Origin: Desulfatiglandales bacterium
Lineage (GTDB): Bacteria > Desulfobacterota > DSM-4660 > Desulfatiglandales > Desulfatiglandaceae
Direction: 5' to 3'
Assembly (NCBI GenBank): GCA_963666345.1
Contig: OY762721.1
Location: 2,208,001-2,272,000 of the forward strand
DNA length: 64,000 bases
Position 1 is the stretch's first letter; each line of letters begins with the position of its first letter. Shown one piece after another: positions 20,064-29,932 of the stretch. The translations under genes and the position numbers were made by a program. The notes under the pieces were generated by a model. The model was not told where the DNA came from. It made no database searches and saw nothing but the letters and a program-made list of their open reading frames with translations.

Positions 20064-20093
20064 TGATTTCAAGATCTTGAAAGGAAAACAGTT

Positions 20094-20669
20094 ATGTCGA
20101 TCAAACCCTGGGAAATTATTTCTCGAAAATGGGATGATGGCTATCGTATTTTCAGATTGAGGACGGACAGGGCCCTTTCTCCGCGTACCGGGCATGATCA
20201 CAATTTCTATGTGCTGGAGACATCCGACTGGGTGAATGTCATCCCTCTTACAGATGAAAACGAGGTCGTACTTGTTAGGCAATATCGACACGGTACAGGT
20301 GAAATAACACTTGAGATACCGGGTGGACTGGTGGAAGGAGATGCCTCCCCCGAAAATGCCGCCTGGAGGGAGCTTCGTGAGGAAACCGGTTGTTCAGGTA
20401 GGGACCTTGTCAATCTTGGAAGCGTACACCCGAATCCTGCCATACAGAACAACAGGTGTCATTCCTTTCTTGCCAGGGGCGTTTTTCCCGCCGGAGGGCT
20501 GAATCAGGATCCCAAGGAAGATATAGAGGTGATAGTGAGACCTCTGAGCGAGATCCCTCTGTTGATCCTGAACGGCACGATAACACATTCACTGGTATTG
20601 GCGGCATTTTATAGATTATTCATGGAGCATGGTGAAGTTTGTCCCGGGGGGATGCAAAATTTTTCTTGA
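20094..20669 (+). CDS. NUDIX hydrolase (ADP-ribose pyrophosphatase-like)
   Basis: VRQYRHG, Nudix box GGLVEGDASPENAAWRELREETG. Confidence 0.9.
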   Translation: MSIKPWEIISRKWDDGYRIFRLRTDRALSPRTGHDHNFYVLETSDWVNVIPLTDENEVVLVRQYRHGTGEITLEIPGGLVEGDASPENAAWRELREETGCSGRDLVNLGSVHPNPAIQNNRCHSFLARGVFPAGGLNQDPKEDIEVIVRPLSEIPLLILNGTITHSLVLAAFYRLFMEHGEVCPGGMQNFS

Positions 20670-20737
20670 CAGGATATGGTCTGTTAATCTAATGCTTTGC
20701 TAAACAAAGACAGAGTATTAGAAAAGGAATTTGTATT

Positions 20738-20800
20738 ATGAGCGGATTCAGCGAAAAGTTTTTTTTCTTTTTTATGGGGAGTAATCTGCCCATGCGCTGA
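20738..20800 (+). CDS. Phe-rich attenuator leader peptide MSGFSEKFFFFFMGSNLPMR (pheL-like)
   Basis: 20 codons, 6 Phe with 5 consecutive; AAGGA RBS upstream; directly before a terminator and pheA; absent from the ORF track. Confidence 0.8.
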   Translation: MSGFSEKFFFFFMGSNLPMR

Positions 20801-20824
20801 AACTGGTTGAATATCATCTTTAAT

Positions 20825-20864
20825 AGCCGCGGGTAGCCATCAATTGGACCCGCGGTTTTTTTTT
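20825..20864 (+). terminator. Attenuator terminator (3:4 hairpin) upstream of pheA
   Basis: AGCCGCGGGT...ACCCGCGGTT stem followed by 9 T; ends 17 nt before the pheA start. Confidence 0.85.
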
Positions 20865-20881
20865 GGAAAAGGGAGATAAAA

Positions 20882-21988
20882 GTGAACAAAAAGGGAAAAA
20901 ACGGTGAACAGGAGCTTCTTAAAGGGCATGAAGCGGAGATCATGAATCTTAATGAGCAGATCCTTTCTCTTCTCGATAAAAGGCAGGATCTGGCAGCGGA
21001 GGCGGGCAGAATAAGGCAGCAGGAGGGACTTGAAGGCCTTGATCCTGCCCAGGAGGAACATATAATTGAAAGACTGGCAGCCGGCAGCGGGACGAATCTG
21101 GACCAGGGAGCAATAAAATCAATATTCAAGGAGATATTTTCCGCGGCCTGTGCAGTGCAAAATCCCCTTACCGTTTCATATCTCGGACCGGAAACCACTT
21201 TCAGCCATCAGGCGGCATTAAGGCTTTTCGGTAGATCAGCCACCTTTAGGCCTCTAGAGACGATCGAGGAGGTCTTTACAAATGTTGAAAGAGGGAATTG
21301 TCAGAGAGGAGTTGTTCCGGTTGAAAATGCCTTTGCAGGTTCTCTTCATGATACCCTGGATCTGTTCAGTAAATATGATCTGAGAATATGTGCCGAATCC
21401 CTTTTGCGGGTACGCTATAATCTTTTGACCAATGCGGATGATCTGGGGAAAATCGCGCGTCTTTATGCCCATCCGACCGTGGTTGAGCAGTGTAAGGCCT
21501 GGCTTTTGAACCACCTTCCAGAGATACAGGTCAAAAAAGTAGAAAGTTCTTCAAAGGCCGTGATTATGGCCTCGAAAGATCCTGAAGCGGCGGCACTGGG
21601 AGGCAACCTTTCAGCAAAGACCTATGGAGTGAAAATCCTTGCCGAGGATATTGAAGATCATCCCGACAATGTGACACGCTTCTTTGCGATCTCCAGAAAC
21701 GACTGTCCCGTAACGGGCAATGACAAGACGACCATCCTTTTTTCGGTAAACCACAAGCCGGGTGCCCTTTACGAGGCGCTCAAGGTGCTGGCGAAGCGCA
21801 AGATAAACATGAGCAAGATCGAATCCAGGCCTCTCAGGACAAGGGGCTGGGAGTACCTCTTTTTCATGGATATCGAAGGTCACAGGGCTGATCATGAAAT
21901 AGGAGTGTCCCTGAGCAAGATGAAAGATAAATGCGAGGAATTCAAGATAATCGGATCATACCCCGTAGCAAAAAGTCCATGGCCCTGA
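20882..21988 (+). CDS. pheA: P-protein: chorismate mutase-like domain (degenerate), prephenate dehydratase, ACT
   Basis: YLGPETTFSHQAA, VVPVEN, NVTRF, ACT HKPGAL, IESRP, IIGSYP; GTG start with GGGAG RBS. Confidence 0.9.
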   Translation: MNKKGKNGEQELLKGHEAEIMNLNEQILSLLDKRQDLAAEAGRIRQQEGLEGLDPAQEEHIIERLAAGSGTNLDQGAIKSIFKEIFSAACAVQNPLTVSYLGPETTFSHQAALRLFGRSATFRPLETIEEVFTNVERGNCQRGVVPVENAFAGSLHDTLDLFSKYDLRICAESLLRVRYNLLTNADDLGKIARLYAHPTVVEQCKAWLLNHLPEIQVKKVESSSKAVIMASKDPEAAALGGNLSAKTYGVKILAEDIEDHPDNVTRFFAISRNDCPVTGNDKTTILFSVNHKPGALYEALKVLAKRKINMSKIESRPLRTRGWEYLFFMDIEGHRADHEIGVSLSKMKDKCEEFKIIGSYPVAKSPWP

Positions 21989-22182
21989 ACGTAATTGTCG
22001 CTTCGGTAACTTGACGTTGCAGGCGATAGGAGCAAAATGGAATTTGTCATGGACATAATTCTCAGTTCATGTTATCTGGATACTTTTGTTTTTTAAGCCT
22101 TTTTTTGGGTTAATTTTTATATCCTATATCTTTCTAGGGGTCTTAGATATCCAGAGGCCATTTACTGAGGAGGGTTCAGCTG

Positions 22183-24090
22183 ATGTTGCTGAGTATCATG
22201 AGGAGACATGCCAAATCCTGGCTGATAAAGCTCCTGATAGCCATAATAGCCGTAGTTTTCGTTTTCTATTTCGGTTATTCCTTTACCGCCAAGCAGGTAA
22301 CCAAGATAGCCTATGTAAACGGGGAAATCATAAGCGGCCTTGAATATCAGAAGGCATATTGGGATTTGAGGGAGTCCCTTCAGAAAAAATACAAGGACCT
22401 GTGGAACGAAAACTTCGTGAAACTTTTTGATCTTAAAAACAGGGCACTTCAGGGGCTCATAGATCGAAAACTTATCAGCCAGGAGGCAAAACGACTAGGG
22501 CTTGATGTCACGGAAGAAGAGGTCCAGCAGGCGATTATAAATTATCAGCCTTTTCAGACAAACGGCACCTTTGACATGTCGCGTTACAAGGGCCTTCTGG
22601 CCCAGAACCGTCTGGAAGCCGACGCTTTTGAGGCGGACATGGCAAGACGCCTGCTTGATTCCAAGCTGCAGCAGTTTTTATTCGGATTTCTGGCATTAAC
22701 TGAAAAGGAACTTGTCGATTTCTATACCTATTCAAATGAAAAGGTCAAAGTCTCCTATGTAACATTCCAGCCTGAAAGTTTTAAGCATACGGTCAGCATA
22801 GACCCTGCCAAGATGAAAGACTACTTTGAAGAGAACAAAGAGGGCTTTAGAATTCCTGAAAAGATTCGTCTTGCCTACATTGAAATTGACCCGGCAAATT
22901 TCAATAAACAAATCGGTGTGAAAGAGGAACAGGTCAAGGATTATTATGAGTATCATATCGATTCCTTTTCCGAACCCAAGAAGGTAAAGGCCCGGCATAT
23001 ACTCTTCAGGCTGGATCCGGACGCTGTCGAAGAGAAAGAAAAAGAGGTCAGGACCAGGGCCCGGGAGGTACTTGAAAAGGCCCGTGAGGGTGAAGATTTT
23101 GCTGAACTGGCAAAGGAGTACTCAGAGGGTCCTACAAAGGAAAATGGTGGAGATCTGGGATATTTTTCCCCAGGTCAGATGGACAAATCTTTTGATGAGG
23201 CGGTCTTTTCCTTAAAGAAAGGAGAAATAAGCGAACCGGTAAGGACCCGGTTCGGTTATCATATAATACTGGCCGAGGATCTCAAGGAGGCCTTCACGAG
23301 AAGCCTTGAAGATGTGCACCGGGAAATTGAAGATACATTAAGGGGCATTGCAGGCGGGGAACTTGCTCATGAAAGGGGCCTTATCCTGTTAGACCAGATG
23401 CCTTACGATATAGACCTTGCAGAGTATGCCAAAGAGCATGAACTTGAGGCGAAACAGACAGAGCCTTTTTCAGTTAATGAGTCGATTCCCGGAATAGATG
23501 ATAATCAGAAACTGCGGCAGTCACTTTTCGCCCTTAAAGGAAAAGAGACGAGTGATCTGATTGAACTTGGTGGAAAATTTTACATCTTTCAGGTTTCTGA
23601 CAGGAAAGACTCATCCCTTCCTGAGCTTGATGAGGTAACCGAAGAGGTTAAGGATGCCTTTGTTGCGTTCATGGCGGCCGAGCAGGCAAAGGCAAAGGCA
23701 AATGAGTTCCTTAACGAGATAAAACAGGGTAAGGCCTGGGATCAGGCTGCCGAAGAGATGCATGTGGACCCGCAGATGAGCGAATTTTTCAGGAGGCTCG
23801 ATCCCATTGCCGAGATAGGGGCTACTCCCCAGCTGATGGAGATGGTCTTTTCTCTTAATAAAGACCGGGTTTACCCTGAGGATATATATGAAAATGAAAA
23901 AGGCGTCTTTGTCTTCAGGTGGGAAGACCATCAAGATATAGATGCTGCAAAATATGAAGAGGAAAAGGAACAATATCGCCTTTCCCTGATGAGGGTAAAG
24001 CAGGGCCGCGCCTATGAAAACTGGCTCAACAATCTCAGAAAGAACGCGGAAATAGAGATCGTTACCCCTGTTTCAGATGATAAGCCCTGA
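22183..24090 (+). CDS. ppiD: PpiD/SurA N-terminal domain parvulin-type peptidyl-prolyl isomerase
   Basis: N-terminal membrane anchor, SurA-N region, KARHIL...FAELAKEYS...GGDLG...TRFGYHII. Confidence 0.85.
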   Translation: MLLSIMRRHAKSWLIKLLIAIIAVVFVFYFGYSFTAKQVTKIAYVNGEIISGLEYQKAYWDLRESLQKKYKDLWNENFVKLFDLKNRALQGLIDRKLISQEAKRLGLDVTEEEVQQAIINYQPFQTNGTFDMSRYKGLLAQNRLEADAFEADMARRLLDSKLQQFLFGFLALTEKELVDFYTYSNEKVKVSYVTFQPESFKHTVSIDPAKMKDYFEENKEGFRIPEKIRLAYIEIDPANFNKQIGVKEEQVKDYYEYHIDSFSEPKKVKARHILFRLDPDAVEEKEKEVRTRAREVLEKAREGEDFAELAKEYSEGPTKENGGDLGYFSPGQMDKSFDEAVFSLKKGEISEPVRTRFGYHIILAEDLKEAFTRSLEDVHREIEDTLRGIAGGELAHERGLILLDQMPYDIDLAEYAKEHELEAKQTEPFSVNESIPGIDDNQKLRQSLFALKGKETSDLIELGGKFYIFQVSDRKDSSLPELDEVTEEVKDAFVAFMAAEQAKAKANEFLNEIKQGKAWDQAAEEMHVDPQMSEFFRRLDPIAEIGATPQLMEMVFSLNKDRVYPEDIYENEKGVFVFRWEDHQDIDAAKYEEEKEQYRLSLMRVKQGRAYENWLNNLRKNAEIEIVTPVSDDKP

Positions 24091-24133
24091 GATGAAAAAG
24101 GCCTTTTAAAGTTAGGGCCGGGACTTTCAATCA

Positions 24134-24616
24134 TTAGGAATCATCATGTATTGCTATCGGATAAAGCCGATCATTGAGGGGCAGATAAAATAAGCCTTGT
24201 TTTTCTGTTATGAATCCGGCTATCTGGTAGTAGGCAGCCCTTGTGAATCTGGCGGGAAAAACAGCATCTTTTACTCTGCAGTAAAGCACGTTTTCCTTTC
24301 CAACAGACAGGGTTTCAGGCGCAAGCTCTTCTTTCAGATCATCACTGAGATAGAGCATATAGCATTCACCGCCACCTTCTTTTTCAGGCCTGCGCACGAC
24401 CCTCCTTACCACATGAGCGGTGTCTTCCACCTCAACGTAACAGGTCGTTCCATTCCAGTTGATAACATAGGTCCCTTCAGGGGTAAGCCCCATATTTTCG
24501 TAGAACAGTCTGATAAAATCCCTGTGTATCATTTCCGATCCCTTGTGGAACCAGCGTCCTTCTTTATCTATATGGATCAGGCAGGGGGAAAGTCGTTCCA
24601 TCTCATTTTTATTCAT
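24134..24616 (-). CDS. DUF1285 domain-containing protein
   Basis: IHIDKEGRWFHKG, VEVED, ARFTRAAYYQ; start moved to ATG 24616. Confidence 0.75.
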   Translation of the reverse strand: MNKNEMERLSPCLIHIDKEGRWFHKGSEMIHRDFIRLFYENMGLTPEGTYVINWNGTTCYVEVEDTAHVVRRVVRRPEKEGGGECYMLYLSDDLKEELAPETLSVGKENVLYCRVKDAVFPARFTRAAYYQIAGFITEKQGLFYLPLNDRLYPIAIHDDS

Positions 24617-24933
24617 GTAGTCAAACCTCAACCGGATTCGCTTTTTTATCATGAGACGCAACCGCGTCTTTTGCACGATTTGAAAAAGGTTAACCAAAAG
24701 CGATGATTTATTCAACCGTTTCCTTTTTATTAACGGCCCTGTTGAGCGCTGATCGATCCATAAGATATGATCCTTGACAAGCTTAAGCCATTTCATCCAA
24801 AATGTTGATAAGGAATCAGGGTTATCCCTATAACAGGTTAAAAAATAATGCCCTGAAGTTTTGTTAAATATGTCTTCCGCGTGGTTTAAACCGGAAATTT
24901 GAATAATTTATGTTTTCAAAAGGGGGAATGGCT

Positions 24934-26229
24934 ATGACTTCTAAAATCGGGGAAAAATCTCAGGAGTTCTACAAGGCGCTTGAAATCGGCCGACCGCCCA
25001 ATATAGTGCGCCTTTTTCCAAATTCAGAGGCCCTTATTGTAAGCGGAAAGGTAATCGACAGGGCCCTGCTCGCAAAAGGAAAGGCCATGACAATAGCTGC
25101 AAACGGCAGGAATTATTTTGTGATAAGGGGGGCGCTCAAGGCTGCGCAGCGAGCCGATGCGGCCATAATTATAGAGATCGCAAAATCAGAGGGAGGTGCA
25201 AAGGCATATTGTGCGTGTAGCTTCTGGAACCTTGCCCGACAGGTTGACGCCGTGTGCAATGAGCTGGGAATAACCGTTCCTGTTGCGATACATGCCGACC
25301 ATTACGGCATAAAGGATAAAAAAGATATCGGGGTGGCGGAGGTGGAGATACCCTCACTCTTTGATGCAGGAATTACATCCATTGCAATAGATGCCTCCCA
25401 TCTGCCGGATGACGAAAATCTTCTTGCCGGTATTGCGTTGAATTCATACCTGCCCAAGTGGGCGGGATATGAAACAGAGGTGGGTGAAATAAAGGGGAAA
25501 GAGGGCCTGTCGACAATGGAAGAGGCGCTTTTTCTTATCCAGGGCCTGAATGCCCATGATATCTTTCCGGACTGGATAGCCCTTAACAACGGAACAACCC
25601 ACGGCATTGAAGAAAGCGACCAGGGAATCCAGGTAGGGCTTACCTCACAGATTCACGATGCACTTGTGAAATATAAGGTATCCGGTGCCCAGCACGGCAC
25701 CTCGGGAAATAGTTCCGAACGGCTTAAAGACATAGCGAAAAATACCATAACCACCAAGGCAAATGTGGCGACCGCTCTTCAGATGATAAGCTGGGGTGTG
25801 AAGGTAAACGACTATGGAAATGCAATGCTTGATTCAAACGGCGAGTTCGTGAAGGTCTCTGAGCAGGGGATAACAGATGCCCTATGGGGTGAAATGGTCT
25901 CCTATGCAAAGGAAAAGGGTCTTAAAGGGGGTGACTATAAAAGGCTTAATATCGTCTTTGAAAATCGCCTTTGCGGCCTGCCCCTTCAGATCAGGGAGCG
26001 TGTGGTTAAGGGCGTCGAAGAGTTTGTTTATGATCTTTTGAAAAATGTCTTCAATGCGGAAGGCACGGCGGAATTAGGTATAGAAGCCATTCTTGAGGCT
26101 GATTCGTACGATCTGGGCCCCAAGGCGACCCGCATTGAAACGCCTGAAATGTGGACAGAGGAGATGATCCATAAAAAGGCCTTACATCTGAATGTCGACG
26201 CCGGTTCAAAAGGTGATTTTGATGATTGA
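24934..26229 (+). CDS. Class II fructose-bisphosphate aldolase
   Basis: AIHADH, IDASH, ETEVGEI, NGTTHG, AQHGTSG, KANVAT. Confidence 0.88.
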   Translation: MTSKIGEKSQEFYKALEIGRPPNIVRLFPNSEALIVSGKVIDRALLAKGKAMTIAANGRNYFVIRGALKAAQRADAAIIIEIAKSEGGAKAYCACSFWNLARQVDAVCNELGITVPVAIHADHYGIKDKKDIGVAEVEIPSLFDAGITSIAIDASHLPDDENLLAGIALNSYLPKWAGYETEVGEIKGKEGLSTMEEALFLIQGLNAHDIFPDWIALNNGTTHGIEESDQGIQVGLTSQIHDALVKYKVSGAQHGTSGNSSERLKDIAKNTITTKANVATALQMISWGVKVNDYGNAMLDSNGEFVKVSEQGITDALWGEMVSYAKEKGLKGGDYKRLNIVFENRLCGLPLQIRERVVKGVEEFVYDLLKNVFNAEGTAELGIEAILEADSYDLGPKATRIETPEMWTEEMIHKKALHLNVDAGSKGDFDD

Positions 26230-26264
26230 GCATGATTTTGACAACGGGTGATTAAAGGATAGAC

Positions 26265-27299
26265 ATGAAATTCAATCCAAAAAGTAGAAGCAAAAACCAT
26301 CTCTGGATAAAGGATATCTGTGAGGGGGCCAGGATAGCTGATCTATACCTTGTGAAGGGGAAGACAGGTGGAACAACCAAGAAAGGCGAGCCCTTTATAA
26401 GCCTTGTTATCGCAGATATAACCGGAGAGGTGGAGGCGAAGATCTGGGATCGGGCCGATGAGCTTTCCTCCCTTTTCAGGGAAGGGGATATAATCGGAAT
26501 ATCGGGCAGTGCAGGTTCCTACAGAGGCAGGCGCCAGGTTATTATTTCAGATATCATGATTCCTGAAGAAGGGGTTGATGAAAAAATATTCATAGAATCA
26601 AGCCCCTTTGATCGCTCGGAGATGGCCGTTTCTCTTAAAGAAATATTGGAAGCTGTAAAAAACAGTCACCTTTCAAGACTTATCAAGGCATTCCTGGGGG
26701 ATCATGAGTTTCTTTCCATTTTCAAAAGGGCCCCAGCCGCGAAGAATTTCCATCACAATTATATAGGAGGACTTCTGGAGCATACCCTTTCAGTATGCAG
26801 GCTTGCGGACAGCGTGGCTGATCAATACGAAACCCTGGATAAGGATCTACTTTTAACGGCGGCATTTTTACATGACATAGGAAAAATCAGGGAGTTTGCC
26901 TTTGAAAGGAATATCGAATACACGGACGAGGGCAGACTGATCGGACATCTGGTTATAGGTGCGGCCATGGTGGATGAAAAACTGGCCGATTTGAAGACCT
27001 TTCCCCAAGGACTTGCAACTAACTTGAAGCATCTCATTTTGAGCCACCATGGGGAGCATGAATTCGGATCCCCTAAAAGACCAAAATTTCTGGAGGCATT
27101 CGCCCTCCACCTGATAGATGATCTGGATGCCAAGATAAACGGTCTTGGCCGCTTTATGGAAAGAGACCAGCAGGAGGGTATCTGGACGGATTTCAACCGG
27201 TTGTTCGGTCGCTATTTTTTAAAGGGAGAGCTCCCCGGCCCTAAGGAGGACAAGGTAACGAGAAATAAGCAAGAGGAAAGGCAGGCCTCTCTTTTTTGA
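26265..27299 (+). CDS. OB-fold plus HD-domain 3'-5' exoribonuclease (YhaM/Cbf1 family)
   Basis: N-terminal OB fold (DITGEVEAKIW), PAAKNFHHNYIGGLLEHT, LHDIGK, ILSHHG..EFGSP, DDLDAK. Confidence 0.88.
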   Translation: MKFNPKSRSKNHLWIKDICEGARIADLYLVKGKTGGTTKKGEPFISLVIADITGEVEAKIWDRADELSSLFREGDIIGISGSAGSYRGRRQVIISDIMIPEEGVDEKIFIESSPFDRSEMAVSLKEILEAVKNSHLSRLIKAFLGDHEFLSIFKRAPAAKNFHHNYIGGLLEHTLSVCRLADSVADQYETLDKDLLLTAAFLHDIGKIREFAFERNIEYTDEGRLIGHLVIGAAMVDEKLADLKTFPQGLATNLKHLILSHHGEHEFGSPKRPKFLEAFALHLIDDLDAKINGLGRFMERDQQEGIWTDFNRLFGRYFLKGELPGPKEDKVTRNKQEERQASLF

Positions 27300-27330
27300 T
27301 ATTTATCTTCTGCCAAAATCTCATGCGGCG

Positions 27331-28044
27331 CTATCGATCCCCTTTTATCATGGGAACAAATCTGACAGGCAGGACGTCCCTTGTCTCAAGTTTTCCCCCT
27401 TTTTTTATGCCGATTATAAGCCTCTGGACCCCTCCCCTCCTGCCTACCGGAAGGACAAGCCTTCCCCCGTTTGTGAGTTGATCAACAAGGGGCCTTGGAA
27501 TCTTTTCCGGTGCGCAAGTCACGATTATTGAGTCAAAGGGGGCCTTTTCAGGCCAGCCCTTATACCCGTCGCCGGTTTTTACGACGATATTTTCATACCC
27601 CAGGATTTTCAGGGTCTTTTCAGCCCTTCTGCCAAGGCTTTCGATAATTTCGATTGTGTAGACTTCGGCTGCCAGTTCCGCCAGAATGGCTGCCTGATAG
27701 CCTGACCCTGTTCCTATTTCAAGAATCCTGTGGCCAGGTGCCGGCTCGAGGAGCTGAGTCATTAAGGCCACGATAAATGGTTGGGATATGGTCTGCCCCT
27801 CTCCTATTGGAACAGGAGAATCAATGTAGGCGGAATGCCTCTTTGCCTTTGGTATGAAGAAATGGCGCGGGACCTTCCTCATGGCCTTGATCACCTCCGG
27901 GGAATCAATCCCTCGGGCGATTATCTGCTCATTCACCATCTGTTGCCTTTTGGCGTAGTATTTGTCTTTATCTCCTGCAGGGGCCTTTTGTGGAACAAGG
28001 AGACAAAGAAAAGAAAACAGCAATAAGATTGATGTATTTTTCAT
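27331..28044 (-). CDS. pcm: Protein-L-isoaspartate O-methyltransferase with an N-terminal signal-like peptide
   Basis: VPRHFF, GQTISQPFIVA, LEIGTGSGYQAA, GDGYKGWPEKAPFD, VRFVPM. Confidence 0.92.
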   Translation of the reverse strand: MKNTSILLLFSFLCLLVPQKAPAGDKDKYYAKRQQMVNEQIIARGIDSPEVIKAMRKVPRHFFIPKAKRHSAYIDSPVPIGEGQTISQPFIVALMTQLLEPAPGHRILEIGTGSGYQAAILAELAAEVYTIEIIESLGRRAEKTLKILGYENIVVKTGDGYKGWPEKAPFDSIIVTCAPEKIPRPLVDQLTNGGRLVLPVGRRGGVQRLIIGIKKGGKLETRDVLPVRFVPMIKGDR

Positions 28045-28249
28045 GGAATGCCTCCGATCTTTTCAGGTCAGGTGCCTGTTAAGGATAGTAAGGTCGTTTG
28101 AAATGGTTATAAAATGAAGCTATAATCAAGAAAATAAAAACAGATCGAGCATAAAGAACAGGCGGAAAAACAGGTAAAATCCGTATCTCAGGCAAGAATA
28201 TCCAATTTGAATTTCATGCGCAAGTCTCGTTTCTCCTTATGGCGGCAAT

Positions 28250-28811
28250 ATGATGAAAACAGACGCAAAAAGGGATCTGATTATTGAAGGAGGGGGAATG
28301 AGGGCAGGTCTTCATAAGGCCCGGAGAATACGGGATATATGAAACCTTCAAGGCCTGCATGGCCGTGCCTGGCTGTTGTCCTTTTGAGGTGAGACTCGGC
28401 CGACACAAATATGTGGACGGCGGCACGGTAAATCCACTTCCGGCAAGGGTATTTATCGGAGAAAAATTGGAGAAGACGGCTGCCATACTCACCAAACCGG
28501 TTGACTGTGAAAATGAGCCGCCGAAATTTCTGGAAAGGAAAATTTTTTGGCGTTATTTTCACAGACACCGGTGGATGCTGGAAAAACTCTGGGAGGCAGG
28601 ACACCTTTACAATGAGGAGGCCTTTTTTCTTGAAGACCTTGCTGATGATGAGCGCTCAGGTGTCTTTATAATCTGCCCTGATAAAATGCCTCCGGCCAGA
28701 TTTTTGACAACTGATAAAGAACAGATAAACAGATCAATAGATATGGGTTATGAGAAGGCCGCACGGCTGGAAAAGGGGCTCAGGAAATTCATGGCCCCTC
28801 CTTTTCAGTAG
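28250..28811 (+). pseudogene. Patatin-like phospholipase with internal deletion and frameshift
   Basis: 28250-28309 encodes MMKTDAKRDLIIEGGGMRAG (patatin Gly loop) and then shifts frame into ...YETFKACMAVP...YVDGG; the GxSxG segment is missing. Confidence 0.75.
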
Positions 28812-28826
28812 AGTGGATAATTGTAG

Positions 28827-29855
28827 TCAAAAAAGTTTTTTCTGTTCAGGATCTTTTCCCCGGAATTCTTTTTTCCCGAAATGTTCATACGCCCTTCTTG
28901 TAGCCACCCTGCCCTGAGGCGTCCTCTTTATATAGCCCTTTTGAATGAGAAATGGTTCATAAACGTCTTCAAGCGTATCCTTTTCTTCACTTACAGCCGC
29001 TGAAAGACTTCCCAGCCCGATAGGGCCTCCTTCAAATTTTTCAATAATCGTGAGCATGATGTAACGGTCCATCTTATCGAGACCCTTCTCATCTACCTCA
29101 AGCATGTCAAGCGCCCTTTCCGCGACCTTTTTTGTGATAAGTCCGTTTGATTCCACCTGGGCAAAGTCCCTGACCCTTCTCAGAAGCCTGTTTGCCACTC
29201 GAGGAGTTCCCCTGGACCGCTTGGCTATCTCGAGAGCGCCTTCCTTTTTAATCGGAATTTCAAGAAGAGACGCCGAGCGGGTGACTATCTGCTCCAGATC
29301 CTCAGGTCTGTAGAACTCAAGACGCAGAATAACCCCGAATCGATCTCTTAAAGGGGGTGTCAGAAGGCCTGTGCGGGTTGTTGCACCCACCAGGGTAAAA
29401 CTGGGAAGGGGTATTTTCATCGTTCTTGCAGAGGGCCCCTGGCCTATGATTATGTCGAGTTCATAGTCTTCCATGGCAGGGTAAAGGATCTCTTCCACGA
29501 CGTGGTTGAGCCGGTGAATTTCGTCTATAAACAGGACATCTTTGGGCTGAAGGTTGGTCAGTATCGCGGCAAGATCCCCAGCCTTTTCAATTACCGGACC
29601 GGAAGTGCTCCTTATGTCGACCTCAAGCTCGTTTGCAATAATGTGGGCAAGCGAGGTTTTGCCCAGCCCCGGGCTCCCGTGAAACAGGACATGATCCAGG
29701 GCCTCTGAACGACCTCTCGCCGCTTCTATAAATATCCTCAGATTTCTCTTAAGTTCCTCCTGGCCGACATATTCTTCGAGGGTTTTCGGCCTGAGGCTTA
29801 TTTCAGAAGGAATCTCTTCAATTTGAGGGTCCGGATCAATGATTCTTTCTTCCAT
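28827..29855 (-). CDS. ruvB: Holliday junction branch migration helicase
   Basis: [49 protein letters not shown]. Confidence 0.97.
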   Translation of the reverse strand: MEERIIDPDPQIEEIPSEISLRPKTLEEYVGQEELKRNLRIFIEAARGRSEALDHVLFHGSPGLGKTSLAHIIANELEVDIRSTSGPVIEKAGDLAAILTNLQPKDVLFIDEIHRLNHVVEEILYPAMEDYELDIIIGQGPSARTMKIPLPSFTLVGATTRTGLLTPPLRDRFGVILRLEFYRPEDLEQIVTRSASLLEIPIKKEGALEIAKRSRGTPRVANRLLRRVRDFAQVESNGLITKKVAERALDMLEVDEKGLDKMDRYIMLTIIEKFEGGPIGLGSLSAAVSEEKDTLEDVYEPFLIQKGYIKRTPQGRVATRRAYEHFGKKEFRGKDPEQKKLF

Positions 29856-29932
29856 GATAACGCTTTTAGTGTTAAGTCCCAAAGGTAATATCTTAAGGGT
29901 TCGGGTATATCGAGGTTTTTATGAGTCCATAT

